Below are positions 45,902 through 55,723 of a stretch of 63,582 nucleotides of DNA, piece by piece. This stretch comes from Puniceicoccales bacterium. GTDB lineage: Bacteria; Verrucomicrobiota; Verrucomicrobiia; Opitutales; JAIRKQ01. How positions within the stretch are numbered: the stretch's first letter is position 1; the number at the start of each line of letters is the position of its first letter. Position numbers and translations under genes: made by a program. Where the stretch lies: contig JAIRON010000015.1 in assembly GCA_031257495.1 (NCBI GenBank), positions 1 through 63,582 on the forward strand, written 5' to 3'. The notes below the pieces were generated by a model. That model did not search any database, was not told where the DNA came from, and was given only the letters and a program-made list of their open reading frames with translations.

Positions 45902-46888
45902 TTATAGGTGCTCCAAAGCGAGCATAATTTGAAAGGCGTTCAGTGCAGCGCCTTTCCTTATTTGATCACCCACAACCCACATGCCCAATCCATTTTCAAG
46001 AAAAGTATCCAACCTCAACCTACCAACTGCACACTGATTCTTTCCGCTCATATCCAACGGACAAGGAAAAGAATTTTCACCGTAGAAGTTCACATTTTCA
46101 TTTCGTTCCAGTGCATCCTCAGCTTGTTTCAAATTAATCGGCTTTTTAAAGGATGCAAAAATTGACATGGAGTGGGCACGCATAACCGGTACGCGAACAC
46201 ACATTGCCGAAATCCTTAACTCGCTATCACCTAGGATCTTTCTGCTTTCATTGCACATTTTTTTCTCTTCCCCAGAGTACCCTTCTCCATCAATTTTACC
46301 AATTTTTGGCAAAACATTAAAGGCAATTTGATGGCCAAATGTTTCCATTGACACCTCGTGATCCCCATTCAAATCATTCATCAGTGCTGAAACTCCGTCT
46401 CTTCCCGCACCGGATACGGCTTGGTAGGTCGAAACACAAAACCCGCTAAGTTCAAACACTTCATGCAAGGGCATGAGAGCCATCAAAGCGATAATCGTCG
46501 AACAATTTGGGTTAGCTATGATATTTTTATGGCTCTCCAATGCCTGAGGATTTATTTCGGGAATAACCAGTGGTACGTCATCCTGTAAACGGTATCTCGA
46601 ACTATTATCTATGCAAACAATGCCACACTTGCTGAAAATCGGAATAAACATTTCACTTATTAGGGGACAGGAACAAAAAAACAGGTAATCGAGGTTCAGA
46701 AAAGTATCCTCATAAAGTTCGGCAACTGGGATTTCCTGTTCCCTAAAATTTAGGGATATACCAGATGAGCGTTCGGAAGCAAAAAACCTGATATCATCTA
46801 CCACAAGGTCACTCCGGTCAATTATAGAGATTAACTCTTGACCGACAAGACCCGTGGCTCCAACGATTCCGATTTTTAATCCGCTCAT
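45902..46888 (-). CDS. asd: aspartate-semialdehyde dehydrogenase
   Basis: KIGIVGATGLVGQEL, active-site IANPNCSTI, and SGAGRDG. Confidence 0.9.
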   Translation of the reverse strand: MSGLKIGIVGATGLVGQELISIIDRSDLVVDDIRFFASERSSGISLNFREQEIPVAELYEDTFLNLDYLFFCSCPLISEMFIPIFSKCGIVCIDNSSRYRLQDDVPLVIPEINPQALESHKNIIANPNCSTIIALMALMPLHEVFELSGFCVSTYQAVSGAGRDGVSALMNDLNGDHEVSMETFGHQIAFNVLPKIGKIDGEGYSGEEKKMCNESRKILGDSELRISAMCVRVPVMRAHSMSIFASFKKPINLKQAEDALERNENVNFYGENSFPCPLDMSGKNQCAVGRLRLDTFLENGLGMWVVGDQIRKGAALNAFQIMLALEHL

Positions 46889-46897
46889 CTGGTAATT

Positions 46898-47266
46898 TTA
46901 GTTTGCTCTAGAGAAATTTTTTGCAACAGCCAAACCGGCATGCCTCTTGCTAATCAAAGCATGCCTTTGCATGTCACGCCTACTCACATGCACCACCACA
47001 GATTCTGGCTTCCACTCTCCCCCTTTCACGCGTTCCATAATTTTACTTCGCGTACTCATGGACAAAATTTTTCTGTCCACTTCCAGTATTTTCCTTCCGT
47101 AGGAAAAGCAAGTGCGCTCCAAATTTCCTATGGAATAGCCGTGCTTTATTATGTGTTGCCTGGAACACACCAAAGCAAGTGCCAAGCAAAATATGGATAA
47201 CCCTAAGGCCACTACGCATAGAAACAGGCAACATGTAAAATCTGTTTTTGAGGTTTTTCGAATCAT
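46898..47266 (-). CDS. ftsL: FtsL-like cell division protein (bitopic membrane protein)
   Basis: Positioned directly after rsmH with a 4-nt overlap. It has a short cytoplasmic N-terminus, one TM (CCLFLCVVALGLSIFCLALALVC) and a helical ectodomain. The call rests on synteny plus architecture only. Confidence 0.5.
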   Translation of the reverse strand: MIRKTSKTDFTCCLFLCVVALGLSIFCLALALVCSRQHIIKHGYSIGNLERTCFSYGRKILEVDRKILSMSTRSKIMERVKGGEWKPESVVVHVSRRDMQRHALISKRHAGLAVAKNFSRAN

Positions 47267-48189
47267 TTTATCCTTTCCAAAACTCGCATCTTTGCCGATC
47301 GACTTCTGGGGTTGAGGTTAATTTCGTTTTCACCGGGAATGACCGGCTTAGTGATTAAAATTTTTGCAAATTTTTCTTTAAGCTGTGCCGGTTCACTATC
47401 CGCTCGATTCACAGCTTGCCCAGCCATCCTTCTGAAAAATTGCTTAACAATTCTATCTTCCAAAGAGTGGAATGATATCACCACCAGGCGCCCACCAAGG
47501 CATAGCTTTTCAAATAGCACCGGCAAAGCTTTCAGTAGGGCATTTAACTCGCCATTGATGGCAATCCTTATGCCCTGGAAAGTTTTAGTCGCCGGATGTA
47601 TCCTAGCTCTTCCCCTATCGGATACGTTGACAGCTATCAAATTGGCAAACAAATCGCCGTAAACTAGCGTATCTTTGCCGCGATTTCCAATAATCAGGGA
47701 GACTATTTTTTTCCAATTTTTTTCTTCACCAAAATCTCTTAGAGCCTCTACCAGTTCATCTTTAGTGGCTGTGTTTAGGAATTCGGCTGCAGTTTGGCCA
47801 GAGGAATTATCCATCCTCATGTCAAGTTTGGCGTGCTCTCTGAAAGAAAAACCACGCGCCCTGTCATCCAATTGGAACGAAGACACCCCCAGGTCCATTA
47901 GTATGCCATCCAATGGCGGAAGACACATGTTGCCCGCTTCGGCAAAGTTTATGCTGCAAAAGGCAAACCTACCCACATATTTCTGTCGCAATGCATTGGC
48001 ACGTTCTCTCGCCTGAGGGTCGCAGTCAATCGCATAGACAAAGTTTTCATTGGAACTATCCAGTATGGCCGATGTGTGTCCGCCGCCACCAAAGGTACAA
48101 TCCAAAAACTTTCCGCCTTTGTTCGCACACAGAGCTTCCATTGTCTCTTTGAGCAAAACTGGTTGATGACTGTTTAAAACCTTACTCAC
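47263..48189 (-). CDS. rsmH: 16S rRNA (cytosine1402-N4)-methyltransferase
   Basis: HQPVLLKE, DCTFGGGGHT, DLGVSSFQLD, ISFHSLEDRIVK. Confidence 0.95.
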   Translation of the reverse strand: MSKVLNSHQPVLLKETMEALCANKGGKFLDCTFGGGGHTSAILDSSNENFVYAIDCDPQARERANALRQKYVGRFAFCSINFAEAGNMCLPPLDGILMDLGVSSFQLDDRARGFSFREHAKLDMRMDNSSGQTAAEFLNTATKDELVEALRDFGEEKNWKKIVSLIIGNRGKDTLVYGDLFANLIAVNVSDRGRARIHPATKTFQGIRIAINGELNALLKALPVLFEKLCLGGRLVVISFHSLEDRIVKQFFRRMAGQAVNRADSEPAQLKEKFAKILITKPVIPGENEINLNPRSRSAKMRVLERIK

Positions 48190-48641
48190 AAACCAAGCTT
48201 GGTTAAAATTTTATTTGTTTCATCCTGCTCACAGAACTCACCACCTATGTATTTATCGTAGCGCTCTGGCTTCCAAATGCTGAATGTCACAAAATTTCCC
48301 ACAACCATTACGTCTTTTTGCAGGTCGGCGTGGGCCATCAAAAATTTGTTAATCTGCACTCTGCCCTGCGAATCGCAAATGAGCTGATCAGCTTTGGAAA
48401 AAAGTTTCGTAAGAATCTTTTGACCAACGTCGTCCCCCAAACTAACCTCGGCTGCTTTCAGACTCAATTTTTCCACCATGTTCGGCGGATACACTGTGAT
48501 ACACCCAGAAGGGTTCGGCAATGCCAAGTATACACAGTCATGCTCTGCCCCAAAGCGCCACTTTGCAGGTAAAGCTATGCGCGCCTTCGCATCCACACTG
48601 CGAATGTGTTCACCTACATAAATATTGGAGCCCTCAGCCAT
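48186..48641 (-). CDS. mraZ: transcriptional regulator MraZ
   Basis: Two SpoVT/AbrB-like halves with the DxxxR motifs (VDAKARIALPAKWR and CDSQGRVQINKFL). It overlaps rsmH by 4 nt. Confidence 0.9.
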   Translation of the reverse strand: MAEGSNIYVGEHIRSVDAKARIALPAKWRFGAEHDCVYLALPNPSGCITVYPPNMVEKLSLKAAEVSLGDDVGQKILTKLFSKADQLICDSQGRVQINKFLMAHADLQKDVMVVGNFVTFSIWKPERYDKYIGGEFCEQDETNKILTKLGL

Positions 48642-48667
48642 TTACACACTTTCTGACACTCTTCAAC

Positions 48668-48696
48668 ATTATTCCCCACATTGCCCCAAATGTCAA
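48668..48696 (-). promoter_or_regulatory. mraZ promoter candidate with MraZ-box-like TGGGG direct repeats in the spacer
   Basis: The minus strand reads ttgaca-tttggggcaatgtgggg-aataat, a 17-nt spacer. TGGGG occurs twice exactly 10 bp apart, then a degenerate TGTTG 10 bp further on. It lies about 25 nt upstream of the mraZ ATG. Confidence 0.45.
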
Positions 48697-48848
48697 GCAA
48701 TAAAGGCAAAATTTTTTCGTAAAAACTTGGTTAAGATTTTGCTTAAAATTTTTCGTAAATGAAAAAATTTTTCCCCATTATTTGCATCCAGGTACAAAAA
48801 TATATTGACATATTTGGCCATTGATCCATGGATTGCTGCATTTCGAGT

Positions 48849-48926
48849 GGGGTAGTAGTTCAGTTGGTTTAGAATGCCAGCCTGTCACGTTGGAGGTCGC
48901 GGGTTCGAACCCCGTCTATCCCGCCA
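48849..48926 (+). tRNA. tRNA-Asp (anticodon GTC), CCA encoded
   Basis: ggggtagtagttcagttggtttagaatgccagcctgtcacgttggaggtcgcgggttcgaaccccgtctatcccgcca. Anticodon stem is ccagc/gttgg with loop ct-GTC-ac. Confidence 0.9.
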
Positions 48927-48948
48927 TTCAGTTTTGTATCCTTGCTTT

Positions 48949-49800
48949 TTAGAGAACGTTACATTTTTTGATGAAGACATTCTTGCCGAGGATGGATTTT
49001 ATTGCCAAAGCTATTTTCGGCTCGATGGCAGGGTCCTGAAAGATGCAAAAGCATCCACTTCCACTTCCGCTGAGCATCATCGAACAGGGTAAGACTTCCC
49101 GAAGGGAGACAAGCTCTTTGTGTCCATCGAACACAATCTGAGAAAATGTATTAAACAAGGGAAGGTTTTGCTCAAAGCCGTTCACACTCGCGATTAAGCC
49201 GCTAGCTAAATCCATGGCCATATTTTCCGAAATATATAACTCGGGCCGGGTCCGCAGTTTGGCATAGGCTTCCCCCGTGCTGACACTAAAATTTGGCTTA
49301 AATAACAAAATGTTATACTTGGCAAGATTTGCTCGAAAATCTCTGCCAAGCTCGGCAACTTTCTCCCCCACCCCACTCACGAGTGCCGCTTTATTCTTTA
49401 CAAAAAACGGGCAATCGGCTCCAAATAACAGCGCAATTTTACATAGCTCATCTTCGCTAAAATTAATCTCACAATATTTATTGAGAAACTTCAAAATTGC
49501 AGCTGCATCGCTGCTTCCACCACCAAATCCGGCCATGGTAGGGATGTTTTTTTCCAGCTCGATGGAAAAATTTTTGCCCACGTATCTCTTCAAATATTTT
49601 ATCACTTTGACCATAATATTGTCACCAAGAAGCGTTGCATCATTTGTCCTGAAAACATCTTCTCCTGCTTCGAGCAAAGTAATTTTGTCGCACAGGGACA
49701 ATGGAACGGTGAGTGATAGCAAATTGTGATATCCATTGCTACGCACGCCCGTCACGCCCAGGAAAATATTTATTTTGGCATTGGCAAATATGGTACTCAC
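48949..49800 (-). CDS. ispE: 4-diphosphocytidyl-2-C-methyl-D-erythritol kinase
   Basis: AKINIFLGVTGVRSNGYH and the GHMP kinase motif PTMAGFGGGSSDAAA. Confidence 0.9.
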   Translation of the reverse strand: MSTIFANAKINIFLGVTGVRSNGYHNLLSLTVPLSLCDKITLLEAGEDVFRTNDATLLGDNIMVKVIKYLKRYVGKNFSIELEKNIPTMAGFGGGSSDAAAILKFLNKYCEINFSEDELCKIALLFGADCPFFVKNKAALVSGVGEKVAELGRDFRANLAKYNILLFKPNFSVSTGEAYAKLRTRPELYISENMAMDLASGLIASVNGFEQNLPLFNTFSQIVFDGHKELVSLREVLPCSMMLSGSGSGCFCIFQDPAIEPKIALAIKSILGKNVFIKKCNVL

Positions 49801-49974
49801 GGAAAAAACAATCGTTTGAATCTAAGGTTCAAAATTATGGATCTGTCAATGTGAAATTACCGGTGATTTTCTGCTTTCGATGAGTCAATAAAATTTTTCT
49901 TCATTTGTTTCGGTGAAAGATTATAAATTGACTGCCGTGACATTTTACTTATCCATTCGCTCTGGCACGGTTTT

Positions 49975-50694
49975 ATGTTGTACAAGCGCGTTATCCTGAA
50001 GTTCAGTGGTGAAATTTTGAGGTCCAACGGAGGCCAAGACGTCATCGATCATTTCACCGTCGAACGATTATGTGGCACCATAAAAGAGTTACGCGGCGAA
50101 GGATTTGAGTTGGGAGTGGTACTCGGTGGTGGAAACATTTTCAGGGGACTGCCGGCTAGTGTTGCTGCCAAATGTGACCGTACGCGAGGCGACTACATAG
50201 GCATGCTGGCCACGGTTATAAACTGCTTAGCCGTACAAGATGGGCTTGAAAGCCTGAACGTTGCAACACAAGTCTACTCTGCATTGCCAATGGCAAACGT
50301 CTGCAACACATTTTTTATCAGGGACGCGTTGCGGGACATAAATGAAGGCAAAGTTCTGCTTCTCGCCGGGGGAACCGGCAGTGCGTTCTTTTCGACGGAT
50401 AGCGCAGCAGCCCTGCGTGCCAATGAACTGAAAGCCGACATCGTTGTCAAGGGAACAAAGGTCGATGGAGTGTACGATAGGGATCCCAAAAAGTTTTCCG
50501 ATGCGAGAAAATTTGACAAAATTTCCTTCTCCGAGGTCCTAAAAAATCGGCTAAACGTAATGGATTCTACCGCATTTTCACTGTGCATGGATAATAACAT
50601 ACCGATCCTAATCGTGGATGCTGCCAGTAATATGGAAAATGTGAAGCGCGCCTTGCTCGGTGAAACGCTTGGAACTTTGGTTAGTAACGCTTAA
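49975..50694 (+). CDS. pyrH: UMP kinase
   Basis: YKRVILKFSGE, VVLGGGNIFRG, AGGTGSAFFSTDSAAALRA, VDGVYDRDP. Confidence 0.95.
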   Translation: MLYKRVILKFSGEILRSNGGQDVIDHFTVERLCGTIKELRGEGFELGVVLGGGNIFRGLPASVAAKCDRTRGDYIGMLATVINCLAVQDGLESLNVATQVYSALPMANVCNTFFIRDALRDINEGKVLLLAGGTGSAFFSTDSAAALRANELKADIVVKGTKVDGVYDRDPKKFSDARKFDKISFSEVLKNRLNVMDSTAFSLCMDNNIPILIVDAASNMENVKRALLGETLGTLVSNA

Positions 50695-50710
50695 TATTTG
50701 GAGAAAATTT

Positions 50711-51271
50711 ATGGACACTAATGCTGTGATAAAAAATGCAAAAACCGCTATGGCAAAGGCCATCGAACACACCCACGAAGAATTCAATTCGTTACACACA
50801 GGAAAAGCTTCCGTGGGCATGGTAGATTGCATCGTCGCCGAAATTTACGGCTCTCAGATGCGCATAAAAGACATTGCGGCGATAACAACCCCCGATCCGC
50901 ACACAATACGCATTCAACCATGGGACAAGGAAAGTCTAAAGCCCATTGAAAAGGCCATCATAGCAGCTAATATAGGCCTAAACCCCGCAGTCGACGGCAT
51001 GGTCATTCGCTGCAATATTCCGGAGATGAGCAGGGAACGGCGCCAAGATCTGTCCAAGGTGGCAAACACAATGGCAGAGGAAGGTAGAGTTAGCGTGCGT
51101 GGCGTTCGTCGGGATACGCTCGATCTGCTCAAAAAAGCCCAAAAAGCCAGCGAAATATCCGAAGATGATCTGAAGCGCCTGGAAAAAGATGTGCAAAAAT
51201 TAACCGATACATCCATTGCCGAAATAGACGAAACCCTGAATAAAAAAGTCACTGACTTGATGAAAGTGTGA
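50711..51271 (+). CDS. frr: ribosome recycling factor
   Basis: MDTNAVIKNAKTAMAKAIEHTHEEFNSLHTGKAS..., 186 aa from ATG 50711 with ggagaaaa upstream. The pyrH-frr order is canonical. Confidence 0.95.
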   Translation: MDTNAVIKNAKTAMAKAIEHTHEEFNSLHTGKASVGMVDCIVAEIYGSQMRIKDIAAITTPDPHTIRIQPWDKESLKPIEKAIIAANIGLNPAVDGMVIRCNIPEMSRERRQDLSKVANTMAEEGRVSVRGVRRDTLDLLKKAQKASEISEDDLKRLEKDVQKLTDTSIAEIDETLNKKVTDLMKV

Positions 51272-51273
51272 AG

Positions 51274-52623
51274 ATGGATATCAAGCAATTCTTAGCCGAT
51301 TACGTGTCTTTTCCAAGCGTCTCATGCAACCGGACAAAGGTTGCAGGAATGGAGGCAACGAGAAAATTTTTACTAGAGTTTCTTTCAAAGCTAGGGTTCC
51401 AAGCTAGGGAAGTGGATACCGGCTTGCACAACATAGTATTGGCCAAAAATAAGCACGAAAAAGGGCAAAGGAGCCTGCTTATGTATGGACACTACGACGT
51501 CCAGCCAGAAGGTGATGGTTGGTCCAGCGATCCATTCACATTGACGGAAAAAAACGGCCGCCTCTATGGGCGAGGCGCCTCCGACAATAAGGGAGGGAAC
51601 GGCACGATGCTTGCCGCTTTGTACGACATTTTCACTGAAAATGAAAAATTTCCACTGAATATCACCGTGATCCTGGAAGGTGAAGAAGAAATCGGCAGCC
51701 CAAGCATGGCAACTTTTTTAAAAGAGTACCGCAATGAATTGCAAGCGGACTTCACCATTGTCGCCGATACATGGAGCATTGATGACGAAAATATAGTTAT
51801 AACAACAGGGCTTCGAGGAATTGTTGCCCTTGAATTGAAATTAAAATCAGCGGAACATGATATTCATTCCGGCTATGGTGGCTCGATTATTAACCCAATT
51901 AGGGAGCTTACAAAGCTTTGCACAAGTTTCCACAACGAACAAGGCAAAGTCAATATTCCGGGATTTTACGACGATGTGGAAGTTCCGTCCGATTTCGAAC
52001 TCGCCCATACAAGGAAATTGCCATTTAGCGACAGTAAATTTTTAAAGTCCATCGGAGCAAAAAAATTATCAACGGACAAAGCAGCTTATTCCGCCATTGA
52101 AAGCCTAAGATTTTACCCAACTTTGGAATTTAATGGCATCTACGGAGGGTATATGGGGGAAGGAGTAAAAACTATAATCCCCGGCGAAGCTTTTGCCAAG
52201 ATAACGTGCCGACTTGTGCCGAACCAAGATTGCGAAAAAATGGAAAATTGCATCCGTGAAGCAGTTTTGGCGAGGGTGGACAAAAATATAGAGGTAAGCC
52301 TGAGTTTTGAAAAAAGCTCCAACGCCTACAATTTGCCACTCGACAAAATTCTCAGCGACCAAACTTCACCCATTTACCGAGGTTTGAAAATCGCCGAACA
52401 AGAGATTGAAAGTGTCTTTGGAAACAAACCACTGTACCTCCGTGACGGAGGCAGCATACCACTAATTCGTACGGTGAAAGATGTTTTGGGTATGGAGTCC
52501 ATATTAATTGGATTTTCTTCGATGGAGGATCGCATACATGCAGCAGATGAAAGTATTTCGGTGAAAATGCTGGAGCGAGGCCGAGAATTTTTCAAACGAT
52601 TTTTAACTAAGCTTTCCCGATGA
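51274..52623 (+). CDS. M20-family metallopeptidase (dipeptidase / ArgE-DapE-like)
   Basis: YGHYDVQPEGDGWSSDPF...GRGASDNKGG and EGEEEIGS. The ATG at 51274 lies 3 nt after the frr stop. Confidence 0.85.
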   Translation: MDIKQFLADYVSFPSVSCNRTKVAGMEATRKFLLEFLSKLGFQAREVDTGLHNIVLAKNKHEKGQRSLLMYGHYDVQPEGDGWSSDPFTLTEKNGRLYGRGASDNKGGNGTMLAALYDIFTENEKFPLNITVILEGEEEIGSPSMATFLKEYRNELQADFTIVADTWSIDDENIVITTGLRGIVALELKLKSAEHDIHSGYGGSIINPIRELTKLCTSFHNEQGKVNIPGFYDDVEVPSDFELAHTRKLPFSDSKFLKSIGAKKLSTDKAAYSAIESLRFYPTLEFNGIYGGYMGEGVKTIIPGEAFAKITCRLVPNQDCEKMENCIREAVLARVDKNIEVSLSFEKSSNAYNLPLDKILSDQTSPIYRGLKIAEQEIESVFGNKPLYLRDGGSIPLIRTVKDVLGMESILIGFSSMEDRIHAADESISVKMLERGREFFKRFLTKLSR

Positions 52624-54491
52624 AGTTAGGCATGAATCTGCTCAAATGGGATCGAAAGAGCAGTGGCAGGATAAAATTTTTCCAATGCATAACGATTGTA
52701 GTATTTCTCTACCTTTTTGGTGGGCTCTTTTTCCGTCAGATTGTGCAAAATTCACATTTCCAACAAAAATTGCGGCAGCAAAGCATTCGCAGGATTACAT
52801 TTCCCGCTGTGCGGGGCAAAATATACGACCGTAACGGCAATATTTTGGTCGAAAACAGGCCGGTATTTTCCCTTAATTTATACCTGGACGAGCTGCGGGA
52901 AGATTTTCACAGAGAATTCCTAAGACGAATTAGGGAATGCTCCAAATTTGTGGAAAAATTTGACCGAATCCAAATTCGCAGAGAGGTCTACGAGTTTATA
53001 GTAAACGAAACACTCAGTATCATCAATGACATTCTTGGGCGAAAAATTCACGTTTCCGGACAAGACATAGATAAACACATGAGCCAATGCCCCATGCTGC
53101 CCATGACAATCCTGCACGACATTTCCGCTGAGGAGTGCGATAAACTGATCGATATTTTACCAATAACTTCTCCATTGCAGATAAACGCAAATTTGACCAG
53201 GCATTATCCGAATGGTGCTTTGGCCTGCCATGTTTTAGGCTACACCGTTTTAACGGAAAATCAGCACCCTGACAAAAAATACGACGATCATGTGCACATT
53301 TTTTTCGTTCGAGAACAGATTGGTAAAAGCGGGGTCGAAAAATGCGCGGACCACATTTTAGCCGGCGAAGCTGGTTACGAAAACTGGACCGTTGATCATA
53401 CGGGAAATAAAAATAGTTTGAATAAAAAAGTAGAACCCAGGGACGGCCAGGCGGTCTACCTCTCCATTGACAAAAATTTGCAAAAAGTAACCGAAGAGGC
53501 TCTGTCTCCATATGTTGGTTCGGCCGTTGTGATCGATGCCAATTCTGGAGAGATTTTGGCTCTGGCCAATTCACCTTCCTATGATCCAAACATTTTTTAC
53601 CCATCCATCTCAAAGGAGGCATTCGATCAAATCAGCGAAAGAAATGGCTGGCTTAATCAAGCACTGCAGGGATTATTTCCGATAGGCTCAATTTCCAGGA
53701 CCATAGCCGCGGTGGCATTCATAAAATCTGGGGAAATTGATGCCAATGGGGAATGGCTTTGTACCGGGATATACGAGTGCAATGGAGAGTTGTTCAAGTG
53801 CGATAATCACCCCCACGGTGAACGCGTAAATCTAAAGTCGGCCCTGTGTAAAAATTGCAACACTTACATGTTCGATAAAGCGCTCAAAATTGGCCATAGA
53901 GCAATAATTAGGGAGGGGAAAAAATTTGGTTTGGGTTCAAAGACCGAAGTCGAGCTCCCCCATGAGACAAATGGCTCGGTAATTTTGGATACAACCTTGC
54001 AAAGGGAATACAAGCTAGACCATTGGGCTCCGAAAGATACTTTCAACTTGGTCATTGGCAAGGGATGTCTTCTCACCACCTCTCTCAATGTGTGCTGTTT
54101 CACGGCTTCTTTGGCTAAGAACAGATACCGAACCAGGCCAACAATATTCAAAGGCGGGAAAAAAATATCCGATGCGTATGAGTCGTGTTTGTCCGACAAA
54201 GATCATAAATTTCTTGTCGATGCAATGGTTGATTGCGTAGAAAATCATAGCGGCCACAGAGCAAAAATCAATGGATTAGCTGTTGCAGGGAAAACAGGAA
54301 CGGCCAAATTTAAAGAACACAAAAAGAAGCGTAGACTTGTGTGGTTTACTTGCTTTGCTCCGGCTTACGATCCACAAATTGCAGTAGCCGTCCTTATCCA
54401 GGAACAAAAGAATACTACCACTTTCCTCGAAGGAAGCCAAGCAGCACATGTGGCAAAAAAAATTTTGTTAAAATACTTCAACCCAAATTAA
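52620..54491 (+). CDS. class B penicillin-binding protein, PBP2 (MrdA)-like, with substituted catalytic motifs
   Basis: N-terminal TM, RGKIYDRNGNILVEN dimerisation-domain start, SPSYDPN, GKTGTA (KTG box). The SxxK position reads SISR and the SxN/D position reads NCN. ATGA overlap with the upstream M20 gene. Confidence 0.8.
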   Translation: MKLGMNLLKWDRKSSGRIKFFQCITIVVFLYLFGGLFFRQIVQNSHFQQKLRQQSIRRITFPAVRGKIYDRNGNILVENRPVFSLNLYLDELREDFHREFLRRIRECSKFVEKFDRIQIRREVYEFIVNETLSIINDILGRKIHVSGQDIDKHMSQCPMLPMTILHDISAEECDKLIDILPITSPLQINANLTRHYPNGALACHVLGYTVLTENQHPDKKYDDHVHIFFVREQIGKSGVEKCADHILAGEAGYENWTVDHTGNKNSLNKKVEPRDGQAVYLSIDKNLQKVTEEALSPYVGSAVVIDANSGEILALANSPSYDPNIFYPSISKEAFDQISERNGWLNQALQGLFPIGSISRTIAAVAFIKSGEIDANGEWLCTGIYECNGELFKCDNHPHGERVNLKSALCKNCNTYMFDKALKIGHRAIIREGKKFGLGSKTEVELPHETNGSVILDTTLQREYKLDHWAPKDTFNLVIGKGCLLTTSLNVCCFTASLAKNRYRTRPTIFKGGKKISDAYESCLSDKDHKFLVDAMVDCVENHSGHRAKINGLAVAGKTGTAKFKEHKKKRRLVWFTCFAPAYDPQIAVAVLIQEQKNTTTFLEGSQAAHVAKKILLKYFNPN

Positions 54492-55723
54492 CTGTCTTCA
54501 CCAATGGCAGTGGACTTTGGTTGGTTGTCGATGTAAAACATATTGTCCCCCAACTGAATCTCCGGAGCAATTTTTTCGAATTTGCGTGCCTGGGGCAATA
54601 AGCGCGCTTCAGCGGACAGCGAGGCCTCATTAAAAGATTTTACACTGGCCGACAGAGATTTTCCCAATTTTTCGAAGTGATCAAAAAATACCCTCAGGCG
54701 CTTATACATTTCCCGGCCAATTTCGGCAATATTTTTTGCTTCGGCGGCTATTTTATCCTGTTTCCAACCGTAGGCAATGGCCTTTAAAAGCGCTATCAAT
54801 GTGGTCGGCGTCGCCGGAATTACGCGCTTTGAAACACCAAATTCTATCAAACTATTGTCCTCCTTCAACGCATCGCTAAAAAAATTTTCTCCAGGCAGAA
54901 AGAGCACTACAAATTCCGGAGAAGCTAAAAACTGATCCCAATAGTTCTTCGATCCCAGGCGCTCAATGTGCTTGCGAATGTTGGAAGCATAGGTATGTAA
55001 CATGTTTGTTTTTTCCCTTTCGGTACTCTGCTGAATTGCATCGAGATAGAGTGACAGTGGAGCCTTAGAATCGACAACAATTCGACGTCCATTTGGCAAA
55101 TTTATAACCATATCTGGTCGCAAATTCTGCCCATCACTGGACATAACATTTTCCTGTTCCTCAAAATCGACATGTTCCATCATACCTGATAACTCGACGG
55201 TGCGTCGCAGCTGCATTTCCCCCCAACGACCGCGCACTTCCGGCTTTCGCAGAGCATTAACAAGTCCAGAAGTTTCGGTTTTTAGAGCTAAGTTTGCCTG
55301 GCTCATAATCTTCAGCTGTTCGCTTAGTTCGATGTAGGAGGTATTGCGCTGATCCTCAATTTTTTGGATTTTTTCGTTAAAAAGCTTCAGCGAATCATAT
55401 ATGGGCTTCGCAGCGGTGTTAAATTCCGTTTCCGCTTCCTTAGAAAGTCCAGAAAAAGCACTCTTAGCCAAAGTAATAAATGCTTCGTTATTGCTCTTCA
55501 ATGCATTGGCGGAAAGATTGTTGAAATTTTCACGCAACCTCTCCTCGGCTGCGCTAAGTAAATTTAGCTTTTCCTGAAACGTTTGTTCGGTAGTAACCGC
55601 TTTTTCCCTCTCAAATTTTAGCAAAGCATCGATTTTTATGAAATCCGCTTTTAAGGCAAAGTAATGGTACAGTATCAGCAAAAAAGAAACCGCCAATGCG
55701 AACAAAAATGCATGCTCAATCAT
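54488..55723 (-). CDS. rmuC: DNA recombination protein RmuC
   Basis: N-terminal TM, a long coiled coil, and a C-terminal RmuC nuclease-like region (RGRWGEMQLRRTVE, VVDSKAPL, FLPGE). Confidence 0.85.
   Translation of the reverse strand: MIEHAFLFALAVSFLLILYHYFALKADFIKIDALLKFEREKAVTTEQTFQEKLNLLSAAEERLRENFNNLSANALKSNNEAFITLAKSAFSGLSKEAETEFNTAAKPIYDSLKLFNEKIQKIEDQRNTSYIELSEQLKIMSQANLALKTETSGLVNALRKPEVRGRWGEMQLRRTVELSGMMEHVDFEEQENVMSSDGQNLRPDMVINLPNGRRIVVDSKAPLSLYLDAIQQSTEREKTNMLHTYASNIRKHIERLGSKNYWDQFLASPEFVVLFLPGENFFSDALKEDNSLIEFGVSKRVIPATPTTLIALLKAIAYGWKQDKIAAEAKNIAEIGREMYKRLRVFFDHFEKLGKSLSASVKSFNEASLSAEARLLPQARKFEKIAPEIQLGDNMFYIDNQPKSTAIGEDS

Noticed and set aside
48806-48848. ttgaca box upstream of tRNA-Asp as a promoter
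   Set aside because: No acceptable -10 hexamer lies at 16-18 nt spacing (atggat/gattgc only). The evidence is too weak to annotate.
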